Shown: positions 12,813-25,077, counted from the stretch's first letter. The stretch: 64,000 bases of DNA from Octopus sinensis (GCF_006345805.1 NC_043007.1:48298001-48362000); one strand, 5' to 3'. The notes: generated by a model from the sequence alone, not told the origin. Program-made: numbers and translations.

Positions 12813-13009
12813 TGACCAGAAGTCGGGAAACTTGGTTCAGTGTTCTATGGTCTATGACCAGAACTCGGGAAACTTGGTTGAGTGTTCTATGGTCTATGAC
12901 CAGAACTCGGGAAACTTGCTTCACTGTTCTATGGTCTATGACCAGAAATCGGGAAACTTGGTTGAGTGTTCTATGGTCTATGACCAGAACTTGGGAAACT
13001 TGGTTGAGT
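12813..13009. repeat. 42-bp minisatellite, about 4.7 units, inside Helitron copy 1
   Basis: Units start at 12813, 12855, 12897, 12939 and 12981 (tgaccagaa.tcgggaaacttggtt.agtgttctatggtcta); no spacers. Confidence 0.95.
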
Positions 13010-13698
13010 CCTCATCTTATAAAATGTGGCCCCAGTAGACCCAAATGAAATCGGGTTATATTAACCAAAAGGTGAAAAGAGGTATAAATGGGGCTGGAAG
13101 GGGATTAAAATTTAAAGGAGCGGGTGTTTAGCAAATTCTCTGTTACATCAAGCTAAAAAATTTGCTCCAGCCTTTTAATCGTCAATGTGTTGCCGTCCAT
13201 GATGAAGAAGTTTGAATGTGCCATCGTGAGTCTACTGTCGTGAGAAAGAATCAAGTCAAAACTTGGTTTTTAGGGATTTTCTTTTAATCAAGTTCAAAAT
13301 TTTACGCCAGCGTTTGAACTGTCAATACGTTGCTGTCCGTCGTAAGAAATGCCAGCCATGGTGACTCTACTATCCTCAATTCTATCCCTTCAAACTTTGG
13401 TTTCCAATATTTTATTATTTTTATTCAGCTCGCAAGTTCGTCTGTCCCTTTTAAATGTTAGTGTTTTGCTGTCTGTCTTGAAGCAGACCTTTCCTTGGTA
13501 ACTGCCTGATATTTATGATTGATCTTTCTAATATTTATTTCTCAACTTACTCAAGATCTTTTGTTGTTTATAAATGGGAGAGAGATACATAAAGATAGAG
13601 AGTAAGAGAAAGCGAGGGAGAGTCCGAGAGAAAGGAAGAGTAAGAGAGTGGGAAAGTGAGAGGAGAAGAGAAAGAAAGAAAGAAACAAAGAGGGAGAA

Positions 13699-14010
13699 TC
13701 ATCATCATCATCATCATCGTTAACGTCCGTTTTCCGTGCTAGCACGGGTTGGACAGTTGACAGGGGTCTGGGAAGCCAGGAGGAGGCTGCACCAGGCTCC
13801 AGTCTGATCTGGCAGTGTTTCGACAAGGTGGATGCCCTTCCTAACGCCAACCACTCTGTGAGCGTAGTAGGTGCTTTTTTCGTGCCGCCTGCACAGGTGC
13901 CAGGGGGGCGGCAGCGGCCACGATCGGTTTTTACGTGCCACCAGCACACAGAAGCCAGTCAAGGCGGCGCTGCAATCCGCCACGTTCGGATGGTGCTTTT
14001 TACGTGCTGA
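13699..14010 (-). mobile_element. RTE-tailed SINE-like fragment inside the Helitron (also at about 15735-16025)
   Basis: (atc)n-gttaacgtccg...ggatgcccttcctaacgccaacc motif; absent from Helitron copy 3. Confidence 0.6.
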
Positions 14011-14075
14011 AAGGAAGCAACAGAAAGTAACAACCACACTCTTACCCGCGAGTAGAGCGGGTCACCTTCAGCTAG

Positions 14076-14845
14076 TCTCTATATATAAAACTGAAATGCG
14101 TTTCCACCGCTTGGATCGCTTTCAAGGTCACTACATTCCGTCGGATTCACTCCGAAATTTACAGGGACATATAAAATGAGGTGACGATGCCCGTGGGCTA
14201 GGTTAGAAATCCCTATCTTAAAAGGTGTCGTTGCTAGGACCAAAAACCCACTTTGACAAGTTCACTTCCATTCTTTTACGTATCTGTCTTCCTCACTCAC
14301 GCTATTTCCTCCATTCCCCTCTAACTCCCCTTCAGTTTCCCTTTATTAAGTTCGTCAAACGGCGGCGTTCTTTTATGTATCTGTCTGCATTCGTAGAGAG
14401 AATTATCATCGCCACCAACAACACACAATCATGAGAACAAATATTATGAATCAGATATTCTTGCGTTCATTATATATGTGTGTGTGTGTGTGTGTTCTAT
14501 TATAAATATGTATATATAATGTATATATACAAAGTGTATAATCTGTATTTATATATTAAACTTTTTAATACTTTGATAGTTATATATATTTTTAAACAAA
14601 TTATAAATATAATTTAATAATTTTTATTTTAATTTAAATAATTTAAATTTTTCAATTTTATATTTTATATATTTTATATATTATATTTTTATTTTTAGTT
14701 TTGGTTTTTGGTTTTTCACTGTTTCATTTGCCTATTAGTGATTTTATCTCTAATTTAATTTATACATATATATATATATAATTGTATACATTTGTATATA
14801 TAATGCGTGCACACACACACACACACAATTATATATATATATATA

Positions 14846-14888
<43 letters not shown>

Positions 14889-16089
14889 ATATATATATAT
14901 ATTATATATATATATAATGTGTGCATTATGTGGTCGGTCGGTTCAGCTGAAAATATGTACACCTATGTTAAAAGTCCTGGCAAGTTTGCATGACAACTAT
15001 TTTTTTCCTCAAATGAAAGGCGTCACCTCTAGGACAAAATTCCTATCTTATAAAAATGTGGCCCCAGTAGACCCGAATGAAATCGGGTTATATTAACCAA
15101 AAGGTGAAAAGAGGTCTAAATGGGGCTGGAAGGGGATTAAAATTTAAATGAGCGAGTGTTTAGGAATTCTCTGTTACCTCAAGCTAAAAAATTTGCGCCA
15201 GCCTTTTAATCGTCAATGTATTGCCGCCATGATGAAGAAGTTTTGAATGCTTGCCATGGTGAGTCTACTGTCGTGAGAAAGAATCACTTCAAAACTTGGT
15301 GTTTACGATTTTCTTTTACATCAAGTTCAAAATTTTACACCAGCCGTTAAACTGTCAATACGTTGCTGTCGTCGTTAAGAAATGCCAGCCATGGTGACTC
15401 TACTATCCTCAGATTCTATCCCTTCAAACTTTGGTTTCCAATATTTTATTATTTTTATTCAGCTCGTAAGTTCGTCTGCCCCTTTTAAATGTTAGCGTTT
15501 TGCTGTCTGCCTTGAAGCAGACCTTTCCGTTGCCACTGCCTGATATTTATGATTGATCTTTCAAAATATTTTATTTCTCAACTTACTCAAGATCTTTTGT
15601 TGTTTATAAATGGGAGAGAGATAGATAGATAAAGATAGAGAGTAAGAGAAAGCGAGGAGAGTCCGAGAGAAAAGAAAAGTAAGAGAGTGGGAAGTGAGAG
15701 AGAAAGGAGAGAGAAACAAAGAGGAGAGAATAATCATCATCATCATCATCGTTTTTAACGGGGTTGGACAGTTTGACGGGGTCTGGGAAGCCAGGAGGCT
15801 GCACCAGGCTCCAGTCTGATCTGGCAGTGTTTCTACAGCTGGATCCTTCCTACGCCAACCACTCTGTGAGTGTAGTGGGAGCTTTTTTCGTGCCGCCGGC
15901 ACAGGTGGCAGGGGGGCTGGCAGCGGCAACGATCGCTTGGTGCTTTTTACGTGCCACCGGCACAGAAGCAAGTCAAGGCGGCGCTGCCATCGGCCACGTT
16001 CGGATGGTGCTTTTTACGTGCTGAAAGGAAGCAACAGAAAGTAACAACCACACTCTTACCCGAGCGTAGAGCGGGTCACCTTCAGCTAG
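14076..16089 (+). mobile_element. Non-autonomous Helitron, copy 2, joined directly to copy 1
   Basis: TC start at 14076 immediately after CTAG; 3' hairpin and CTAG (16086-16089) followed by T at 16090. Confidence 0.85.
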
Positions 16090-16332
16090 TATATATATAT
16101 ACATATATATTTAAAGATAGATTCAACAATAGAAATTCAAGAAGTTTTGAGAATATGTGAGGTTGGCTGTGAAAACAAATAGTAGATATATGCAGAAACG
16201 TATTTATTAACTGTGAGGTGATATGAAAACTGCTTCTGGATATGGAAAAAATCCCCACTAAAATGTCAAGTGATTCCTGTTATAGCACAACGCTTATGTA
16301 TGAATTTGGTTGAGTGATATTCTCTAAAAGTC

Positions 16333-16382
<50 letters not shown>

Positions 16383-17640
16383 TGTGTGTGTGTGTGTGTG
16401 CGTGTGCGTGTGCGTATGTGCTTGTGTTTATCGTTATATTGTGTGTCAACTGCTGTTGGTTCGTCTCCGTAATTTGGTGGTTCGGCGAAAAGGACCAAGT
16501 GAATAAGTACCAGATTTAAAAGACGATTTGATCGACTAAAATCCTTCATGACAGTTCCCCAGCATAGCTGTAATCCAATGACTGAACCAAATGAAAGAAT
16601 TTTTTTTTTTAATATTGACTCTTAAGGAATCCTATATTTAAAATGCCATCACTGGTTTCAATGACACGTGGACAGATTTCTTAACAATTTTACGAAGAAC
16701 CAATAAATGACTCGGAGAGAGATTTTCTTAATAATTTTAAACAAGGAGCAATAATGTAACAGACCTTCAGATTGTAAGTCTTTACTATAGATGCTCCTTA
16801 GTTGGTTTGTCCTCTCTTTGGTGAACACTATAATCATGTGTAACGGGAGATGCCATAGAGTTGTATGTGTGTATGTGCGTGTATTTATGTATATATGCGT
16901 GTATGTTGTTGAACACAGCCTGTGAGTGTGTGTGAGTGTGTGTGCGCGCGCAGACGCCTATGCGTGCGTGTGAGTGTGCGCGCGCAGACGCCTATGTGTG
17001 TGTGTGTGTGTCCGTTCGTATGTATGTGCATATGGTTGTGAGTGTGCCTGGTGACTACCATCGTTTAATGTGCATGTGTCTATGCATATGAGTGTGTGAT
17101 GAATACCTAATGGTGTATGTGTGCGTGGTGCCTTATATTATTACCTACAGTTTCATTAAAGCACAAACGAAACCAATTTTCCACGTCGTGTTTATGTAGG
17201 CTAATTTAACCAGAGACAATCCTTTGTACATCCTCTCCAAATTATACCCAGTCACACGTTGTTGTTAATGGTGGTGGTGGTGGTGGTGGTTGTAACTGAA
17301 GGTTTTGTTGTTTGACACAAAATCAACTCTAACAGAGTAGGCCTATGATGAAAAGCATTCCTATCGTGACCATCCTGCTTTTTATGGATATGTAGATTTA
17401 AATTATTTGACATGTTAATATTTTCAAGAAAGTTTGCGCATGATTTGGCTACTGTTTCTTACAGATCACACCAATGCCTACAGACTTTATCATTGGAGAA
17501 GAGGGTATGAGCTTAGCATTTGCGAAATACTAAGTGAGACAATCTAATGTTTTTAGTTTCCACAGCAAGAAAATATGCATATATTTCCTGCGTTAAGAAA
17601 AAAAATAAAGTCTGAATGTTGTTTTTAAAATAGTTTACGC

Positions 17641-17903
17641 TTTTACTTGTTTCAGTCATTTGACTGTGGCCATGCTGGAGCACCGACTTTAGTCGAGCAA
17701 ATCAACCCCAGGACTTATTCTTTGTAAGCCTAGTACTTATTCTATCAGTTCTTTTGCCGAACCGCTAAGTTACGAGGACGTAAGCACACCAGCATCGATT
17801 GTCAAGCGATGTTGGGGGGACAAACACAGACACACAAACACACACGCACACACACACACACACACACATACACACACACACATACACACACACACATACA
17901 CAC

Positions 17904-17951
<48 letters not shown>

Positions 17952-18133
17952 TATATATATACATATATACGACGGGCTTCTTTCAGTTTCCGTCTACCAA
18001 ATCCACTCACAAGGCTTTGGTCGGCCCGAGGTTATAGTAGAGGACACTCGCCCAAGGTGCCACGCAGTGGGACTGAACCTGGAACCATGAGGTTTGTAAG
18101 CAAGCTACTTACCACACAGCCACTCCTACGCCT
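17641..18133 (-). mobile_element. Full-length octopus-type tRNA SINE with an internal microsatellite
   Basis: Head (ggagtggctgtgtggtaag, with B-box-like ggttcagtccc) through tail actgaaacaagtaaaa. Confidence 0.9.
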
Positions 18134-18732
18134 ATATAAACGAAAATCATAAGGGGTTCTTTTCTGGTGCCTGTTGGTGAGCAATTTAGAGAAAACCAAT
18201 ATTAGAGAGGGCATTCAATAGAAGGATAAATTCAAACCAGCGATGGTAGTTACTGAATAGTAATTCTCCGAGAATTTATAAGTGATCAACATTCTACTGG
18301 TATATTCATTCTCATTGAAAGCACTGAAGGCATAAAATACATTCCCATTATTTGAGCCAAGCACATTGGATGATTTGCTGCCGGCAATTGCATAGAAGAA
18401 CTTGCAAGTGTAATTAAAATTCCTCTAATGGTTCTGATGATAATTATTTCAATGAGCCAAAAGGATATATGCTGAAGCAAGAATCTTACTTCAAATTGTA
18501 TTCCATGATACTTTGACTGCAATCTCTGTTCCTCGAGTGACCAGATCAACCTTACCAACTCGATCAAAGATGATATTGACGGCCGACATGAAAATTTTTC
18601 AAATGCAATAAACTGAGTAGAAATAACCGAGCAAGATTTTTTAGGCTTTGATAAAAAGCATATTACTCTACATTTAATATTCGAGAACTATTTTCTCCAC
18701 TTTGTCCTGCATTTATGTACTTACTTGCGTGT

Positions 18733-18802
<70 letters not shown>

Positions 18803-19334
18803 ATATATGAACGGATGTATATAATCAAACTATCTCACCCTTTCCTTTACGACTTTATTCTTTCTCTCAGCTTTCTATATTGCTAGTGATTACTAACTTT
18901 GTATAAACGCTTCATCCAGATGTAAATTATGTATTATTTGTTTCTCTGCCTAAAAGACTTCAAATAGGAGATGTCTTACATGTTTACCCAACAAGTACAA
19001 CATTGTAATTTCTATTAGCAAATGAAACACGTGCAACTGTGAATAAATAATGCCCAAAAAATATTCCAGCTTCCTTTGTTTTGATATGTAATAACTCTGC
19101 GAACAATATTTCCTGAATTTTCAACTTCAGTATGTACTTAACATAAATACAACTACATGCTCGACAATAATACTTGAGTAAGCAGATGTGTTTCAAGAGG
19201 ATACACCTTGGATTTTACCCTACCTACATTGTGTGCGTGTGTGTGCCTGTGCGCGCGCGCATGTGTGTGTATATGTGCTGTAAATAATAATATACATACA
19301 TACACACAAACGTATATCTATGTATGTATGTATG

Positions 19335-19451
<117 letters not shown>

Positions 19452-19559
19452 TTACTTTTTACTTTTGTATTTTACTTGTTTCAGTCATTAGAATGCAGCC
19501 ATTCTGGAGCACAGCCATGAAGTATTTTAGTTCAACTAAAATACTTCATGGCCGCAGTA

Positions 19560-20430
19560 TTTTTATTTATTTAAGCCTGTTACTTATCCTATCGGTATCT
19601 GAAGTCAATTCCAACAGAATCAAGTTTACGTCAAGTAACTCTAAATTTGAAAACTCTATATACCAGTGTAAAATTACTAATCATAATCAAGTATATTTTT
19701 GTATTGAAAGCACGTCTTTACAGTTATCAAGAAGGATTTCTAATTATTACTCGACATTTAGGGATAGGAATAAACGTAACAGTACAGGGCTCAGTAAATT
19801 AATTTGGGATCTAAAAGACCACAATAAACAGTTTAATTTAGATTGGTTGATTCTCTCAATCTCAATACCTTATGACAAAGGCAAGGAATTCTGTCTTCTC
19901 TGTAATTCTGAACTATTTTTCATTATTTTTTCTAAAAATCTCCTAGTAAACACGATTATAGAGCGTGCATACCAATGTAAACATTGGCAAAAACACACCT
20001 TTAGTTCATATAAGTGATCTCTATCATTATATATAATCTATACATTAATTTTCTTTTTATATTTCACATTCACTAAATATATATTTTCCTAGTATATAAG
20101 GTTTTATTTAATATACATATAGTCATATACTTCTCATTTATTTAGTTTTTTTTACTTTATCCCTCCTCTTTCTATAGGCTACCTCTGACGTTATATCTTA
20201 TAAAGTTTTTTTGAAACAATCTCAATAGCGTTCAGTTAATCACTATACATATCCATCATTTTCTGTTAAAACGTCTTATTGACAAGTTTCATTTCTTCAC
20301 TTCCCTGAAGAGAAGATTACATTGTTTTACACCATTTTATTTCTTTGGAATAATATCAGTGATATCTTCGAAACATGTGTCGGAAGTAAAAGAATTTGAA
20401 TTACACCTGCGTTAAACTCCATTTCTTTAT
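19560..20430 (+). mobile_element. PLE 3' fragment (GIY-YIG C-terminal region and terminal repeat with HHR)
   Basis: SIYQCKIT...[10 protein letters not shown]...[14 protein letters not shown]...FCLLCNSE...CKHWQKH. Confidence 0.8.
20299..20387 (+). ncRNA. Apparently intact type I hammerhead ribozyme
   Basis: Stem I ACTTCC/GGAAGT; CTGAAGA (20305-20311); stem II GAAGAT/ATCTTC; GAAAC; AC-ATGT-GT; predicted cleavage after GTC (C20381). Confidence 0.8.
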
Positions 20431-20529
20431 TTATATGTATGTATGTATACACACATATATATGTCAGTATGTACATATATGTATGTATATATGACTATAT
20501 ATACTTTTTATTTATATTATATATATATA

Positions 20530-20875
20530 TATTCAAGAATATCGCCATTGCCTTCAACCTCGGTCTCCAGACGACTTCGGAATTTCCTGAAACTGTTCTG
20601 GACCGACTCCTTGTTTAAGTTGGTGAATGCTGCCATAATTGTTGCCTTCGGGTCATCTTTAGTGTTACAATGAGTTTTGTCGTTCTCTCGCTCGACTGCA
20701 CCCCACACATGATAATCAAGGGGATTGCAGTCTGGGGAGTTAGGTGGCCAAATGTTTGGGAGTGATGTTGTCGCAGAAATTGTCTGACAGCCATGACGGG
20801 GTCCTTCTGCTTATGCAGTATGGTGTATAAATCCTGTTGCCAAACATAGTTTCTCCCAGCAGTCACCGTCTTGAA
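20530..20875 (-). mobile_element. Tc1/maT-like transposase C-terminal fragment
   Basis: WPPNSPDCNPLDYHVWGAVER...RSRLETEVEGNGDILE. Confidence 0.8.
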
Positions 20876-20914
20876 CTAGGGCAACACTAACTCATACAGT
20901 CACTTAATGTAGGC

Positions 20915-21290
<376 letters not shown>

Positions 21291-21459
21291 AATGGAACAA
21301 AAATGCAATAGAGGACAATAAAACGTTCGGATAGTTAGACGATACAAAGGCGGACAAGAGAAGCATCAATTAAAGGACAGGAAAAAAATATAAGATGGGT
21401 CATTTGTGGCCTTCTTTCATCAGTCAAGTTTACTAGACGTTCTTACTGATTCGGGCAGT

Positions 21460-21501
<42 letters not shown>

Positions 21502-21502
<1 letters not shown>

Positions 21503-22591
21503 TAGCTTAAGGTGACCCGCTCTACGCGCAGGTAAAAGTGTGGTTGTTACTTTCTGTTGCTTTCTTTCTGTTTTTTATCACCACATTCTCTCTCTTTGTT
21601 TCTCTCTCCTTTCTCTCTCACTTTCCCACTCTTTTACTCTTTCTTCTCTCGGACTCTCCCTCGCTTTCTCTTACTCTCTATCTTTCTCTATCTATCTCTC
21701 TCCCATTTATAAAAAACAAAAGATATTGACATAAGGGACATCAGCCATCTGAATGTGGCTAGGGACAGGGCAGGGCGGTGGGGGTGTTACTGATGCATTT
21801 AGCCCCCCCCCACCGCCCTGCCCTGTCCCTAGCCACATTCAGATGGCTGATGTCCCTTATGTTATGGAGCAGTTACTGTTTATATCTCGTCTAGAGAATT
21901 ATTATTGCTTTCAAAAGATATTGAGTAAGTTGAGAAATCAAATATTTAGAAAGATCAATCATAAATATCAGGCAGTGATAACAGAAAGGTCTGCTTCAAG
22001 GCAGACAGCAAAACACTAACTTTTAAAAGGGACAGACGAACTTGCGAGCTGAATAAAAATAAAAACAATATTGGAAATCAAAATTTGAAGGGATAGAATC
22101 TGATGATAGTAAACTCACCATGGCTGGCATTTCTTAACGACGGACAGCAACGTAGTGGCAGTTTAACGGCTGGCGCAAAATTTTGAACTTGATGTAAAAG
22201 AAAATTCCTAAACTCTAAGATTTGACGTGATTCTCTCTCGCGACAGTAGACTCACCATGGCAAGCATTCAAAACTTCTTCACGTTGGACGGCAACACATT
22301 GACGATTTAAAAGCTGACGCAAATTTTTTAGCTTGATGTAACAGAGAATTCCTAAACACCCGCTCCTGTAAATTTTAATCCTCCTCCAGCCCCATTTAGA
22401 CCCCTTTTCACATTTTGGTCAATATAACCCGATTTCATTCGGGTCTACTCGTGGCACATTTATAAGATGAGGAATTTTGTCAGAGGTCACGCCTTTCATT
22501 TGAGGAAAAAAATAGTTGCCATGCAAACTTGCCAGCACTTTTAACATAGGTGTACATATTTTCAGCTCAACCGACCACATAATGCACACAT

Positions 22592-22624
<33 letters not shown>

Positions 22625-23295
22625 TATATATAGGCATTAAATATATATATGTTCATATATACGCATTATATATATATGTGTGTGTGTGTGTACGCACTAT
22701 ATATACAAATGTATACAAATTATATATATATATATACATACATATAAATTAAATAAGAGATAAAACCACTATATATATAAATACAGATATATACACTTTG
22801 TATATATACATTATATATACATATTTATATATAGAACACACACACACATAAATTAACCCAATAAATATCTGATTGATATTTTTTCTCATGATTGTGTGGT
22901 GGGTGTGGCGATAATAATTCTCTCTATGAATGCAGACAGACGTAGAGAGAGGATGTAGGAGAAAGAGTGATAGCGCTGGCGAAGGCAGCGGGGGAAAGAT
23001 AGTAGACACTGTCAAACGTCGCTATAGAGAGAAATGTGAAGGGAAGGGAGGAAAGAGAGAGAGACGGAGGAAGACAGGCAGATAAGAGAATGAGAGGAGA
23101 CTTGTCAAAGTGTGCGTTTTTTGCCCTGGTAACCACACTTTTTAAGATAGGGATTTTTCACATCCTCACCTCATTTTACATGTCCCTGTAAATTTTGGAG
23201 TCAATCCGACGGGATCTAGTGCCATTTAATCCGTTCCAATGCCAAAACCAGACAAACAAACAAACTTTTCGCATTTCAGATTTATAGATATTGAT
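21502..23295 (-). mobile_element. Non-autonomous Helitron, copy 3, inverted
   Basis: Reverse complement of copies 1 and 2: hairpin plus CTAG|T at 21505-21501, shared internal blocks, and ctgaaatgcg 5' region. Confidence 0.85.
21730..21911. mobile_element. 182-bp unclassified insertion with a GC-rich hairpin and 13-bp TSD
   Basis: caaaagatattga at 21717-21729 and 21912-21924; a single caaaagatcttga at the homologous site in copies 1 and 2; inverted arms about 21729-21784 and 21808-21862. Confidence 0.8.
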
Positions 23296-23320
23296 ATATA
23301 TATAATATATATATATATAT

Positions 23321-23512
23321 TGTTGGCATCCTTTTTGTCTCGGGAGACAATGGAGTTGCGCATAAAATAATCTAGTCCGGCTTTTACATTTCATGTCTAA
23401 TACATCTCCTGCTGTGGCTGTGTAGCCCTATCCTGGACAAACACTCCCTCTGGCAGGTACCGCAAATGTAGCGAAGACTTTGCCTGGCTGGTTGTAAAGT
23501 CATAGTTTCTTG
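23321..23512 (-). mobile_element. RTE-clade LINE 3' end
   Basis: YICGTCQRECLSRIGLHSHSRRC* terminal finger, then the ccattgtctcccgagacaaaaaggatgcc tail. Confidence 0.8.
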
Positions 23513-23659
23513 TTGACGGATATTTATCCCCATCTTGTTTGTTGTTAATACAACATTTCGGCTGAGATACCCTCCAGTCTTCATCAGGTGTCTTGGGGAA
23601 ATTTCGAACCTGGGTTTTCATTCCTAAGGTATTTTTCGATGTTATTATTATTATTATTA

Positions 23660-23693
<34 letters not shown>

Positions 23694-23727
23694 GGAATTG
23701 AACTCGGAATCTTGGGGTTAGCAACCC
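23512..23727 (-). mobile_element. tRNA-headed SINE (head truncated) with (TAA)n and a hammerhead-bearing tail
   Basis: B-box gagttcaattcc, (TAA)n, catcgaaaaatacc...ccccaagacac-CTGATGA...GAAA. Confidence 0.75.
23548..23591 (-). ncRNA. Minimal type I hammerhead in a SINE tail (core intact, stems partly mismatched)
   Basis: ACAC-CTGATGA-A-GACTG(gagggtatct)CAGCC-GAAA-T-GTT-GTAT. Confidence 0.6.
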
Positions 23728-23730
23728 ACT

Positions 23731-23801
23731 GGCATATGGCGTAGTGGTTAAGAGCGCGGGCTGCTAACCCCAAGATTCCGAGTTCAATTCCAAGCAGTGG
23801 T

Positions 23802-23854
<53 letters not shown>

Positions 23855-23918
23855 TATCCGTCAAATATAAATAATGTAAATAATGTACATGATTCCTCAT
23901 CTCTTAAATATAGAACTG
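23731..23918 (+). mobile_element. Same tRNA SINE family with intact head and the middle (including HHR) deleted
   Basis: A-box TGGCGTAGTGG (23737), B-box GAGTTCAATTCC (23780), (TAA)n, tail aatatccgtcaaat..taaataatgta. Confidence 0.8.
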
Positions 23919-23939
23919 TAAGTTCACCTTTACACCACA

Positions 23940-24310
23940 ATTCTCTCAGTAGTGGGTAAAGCTTATAACGTAATTAATACAATACTTGTACATTTTGCAT
24001 GGTACTGCACTACCTTCTGCTGTACTTGCCTTCTTAACGAAGTTATCTACTTCTTTCCTACTGAAATTATCAAGGTGAAACTTGATACCTGGTTTCTTTG
24101 GGCGTTTCAAACCATTCATGAGCAGGAACGGTTGATCTCGCTTTGGGTCACTGTAGGTCTCCTGTATATGCCAGTCCAGCTTATCTTTAATGCCTTTTAG
24201 CCTATCACTCTTAACCTCGGCAAACAACTTTCTATTAACCTCATAAGAGTTCTTAAGGAACTGCTCTCTCCTCCGTTTACTCTCCTTTCTTCTTTCAACG
24301 TGTCTGATAT
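23940..24310 (-). mobile_element. HERO-like (R2-group) non-LTR retrotransposon fragment
   Basis: FAEVKSDRL..IKDKLD.HIQETYSDPKRDQPF...GLKRPKKPGIKF...KEVDNFVKKA..YKYC, the pre-RT region of RLE-type LINEs (from recall). Confidence 0.55.
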
Positions 24311-24360
24311 TTCTTTACATGTTACAACATTTTTTCTTTAGATACTCTCTTTACTCTTTA

Positions 24361-24734
24361 CTCTTTTACTTGTTTCAGTCCTTTTACTGTGGCCATGCTG
24401 GAGCACCGCCTTTAGTTGAGCAAATCGATCCCAGGACTTATTCTATCAGTTCTTTTGCTGAACCGCTAAGTTATGGGGACGTAAGCACACCACCATCGGT
24501 TGTCAAGTGATGTTTGGGGGAGAAACACAGAGACACAAACATATACGCACACACATACATATATATATACATACATACCACGGGCTTCTTTGAGTTTCCG
24601 TCTACCAAATCCACTCACAAGGCTTTGGTCGGCCCGAGGCTATAGTAGAAGACACTTGCCCAAGGTACCACGCAGTGAGGCTGAACCCAGAACCATGTGG
24701 TTGGTAAGCAAGCTACTTACCACACAGCCACTCT
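24361..24734 (-). mobile_element. Full-length octopus-type tRNA SINE
   Basis: Same family as 17641-18133. Confidence 0.9.
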
Positions 24735-25046
24735 TCATACAGGACTAATAAATTTTCTTTCGCTTTGGGTTTGGCCTATATCCACTGCTTCCGTAAGTCC
24801 TCTCTCGCTGATAAGCCATCTAAAACAAAAATATGTAAATTAATCTGACAGCTATATGCTAACAGTAGTGGGTAATATAATTGAAACGTTGTATATAGTA
24901 ATTGATTTTTTACGCTTTCGATAGAGGATGGAAATGCGGTATATTTCCTTCAAGGTGTGGTCAACTGCGACAGGAGTTTCACCTCCATCTTTTTCTCGCA
25001 CATCGATTTATATGCATGTATATGTATATAACCTTGTATGTGTATG

Positions 25047-25077
<31 letters not shown>

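Larger units (their letters stand above)
11975..14075 (+). mobile_element. Non-autonomous Helitron, copy 1
   Basis: 5' A|TCTCTATATATAAAA; 3' hairpin ACCCGC-gagtaga-GCGGGT (14044-14062) followed by CTAG (14072-14075); no TSD. Confidence 0.85.

Noticed and set aside
12813-13009. CRISPR-like regular repeats
   Set aside because: Units are contiguous with no unique spacers, there are no cas genes, and they lie inside a eukaryotic Helitron.
18200-18700. Coding-like stretch or Helitron helicase remnant
   Set aside because: No convincing motif in any frame and several stops.
23731-23800. tRNA gene
   Set aside because: A and B boxes are present but there is no acceptor stem; it runs into (TAA)n and the SINE body.
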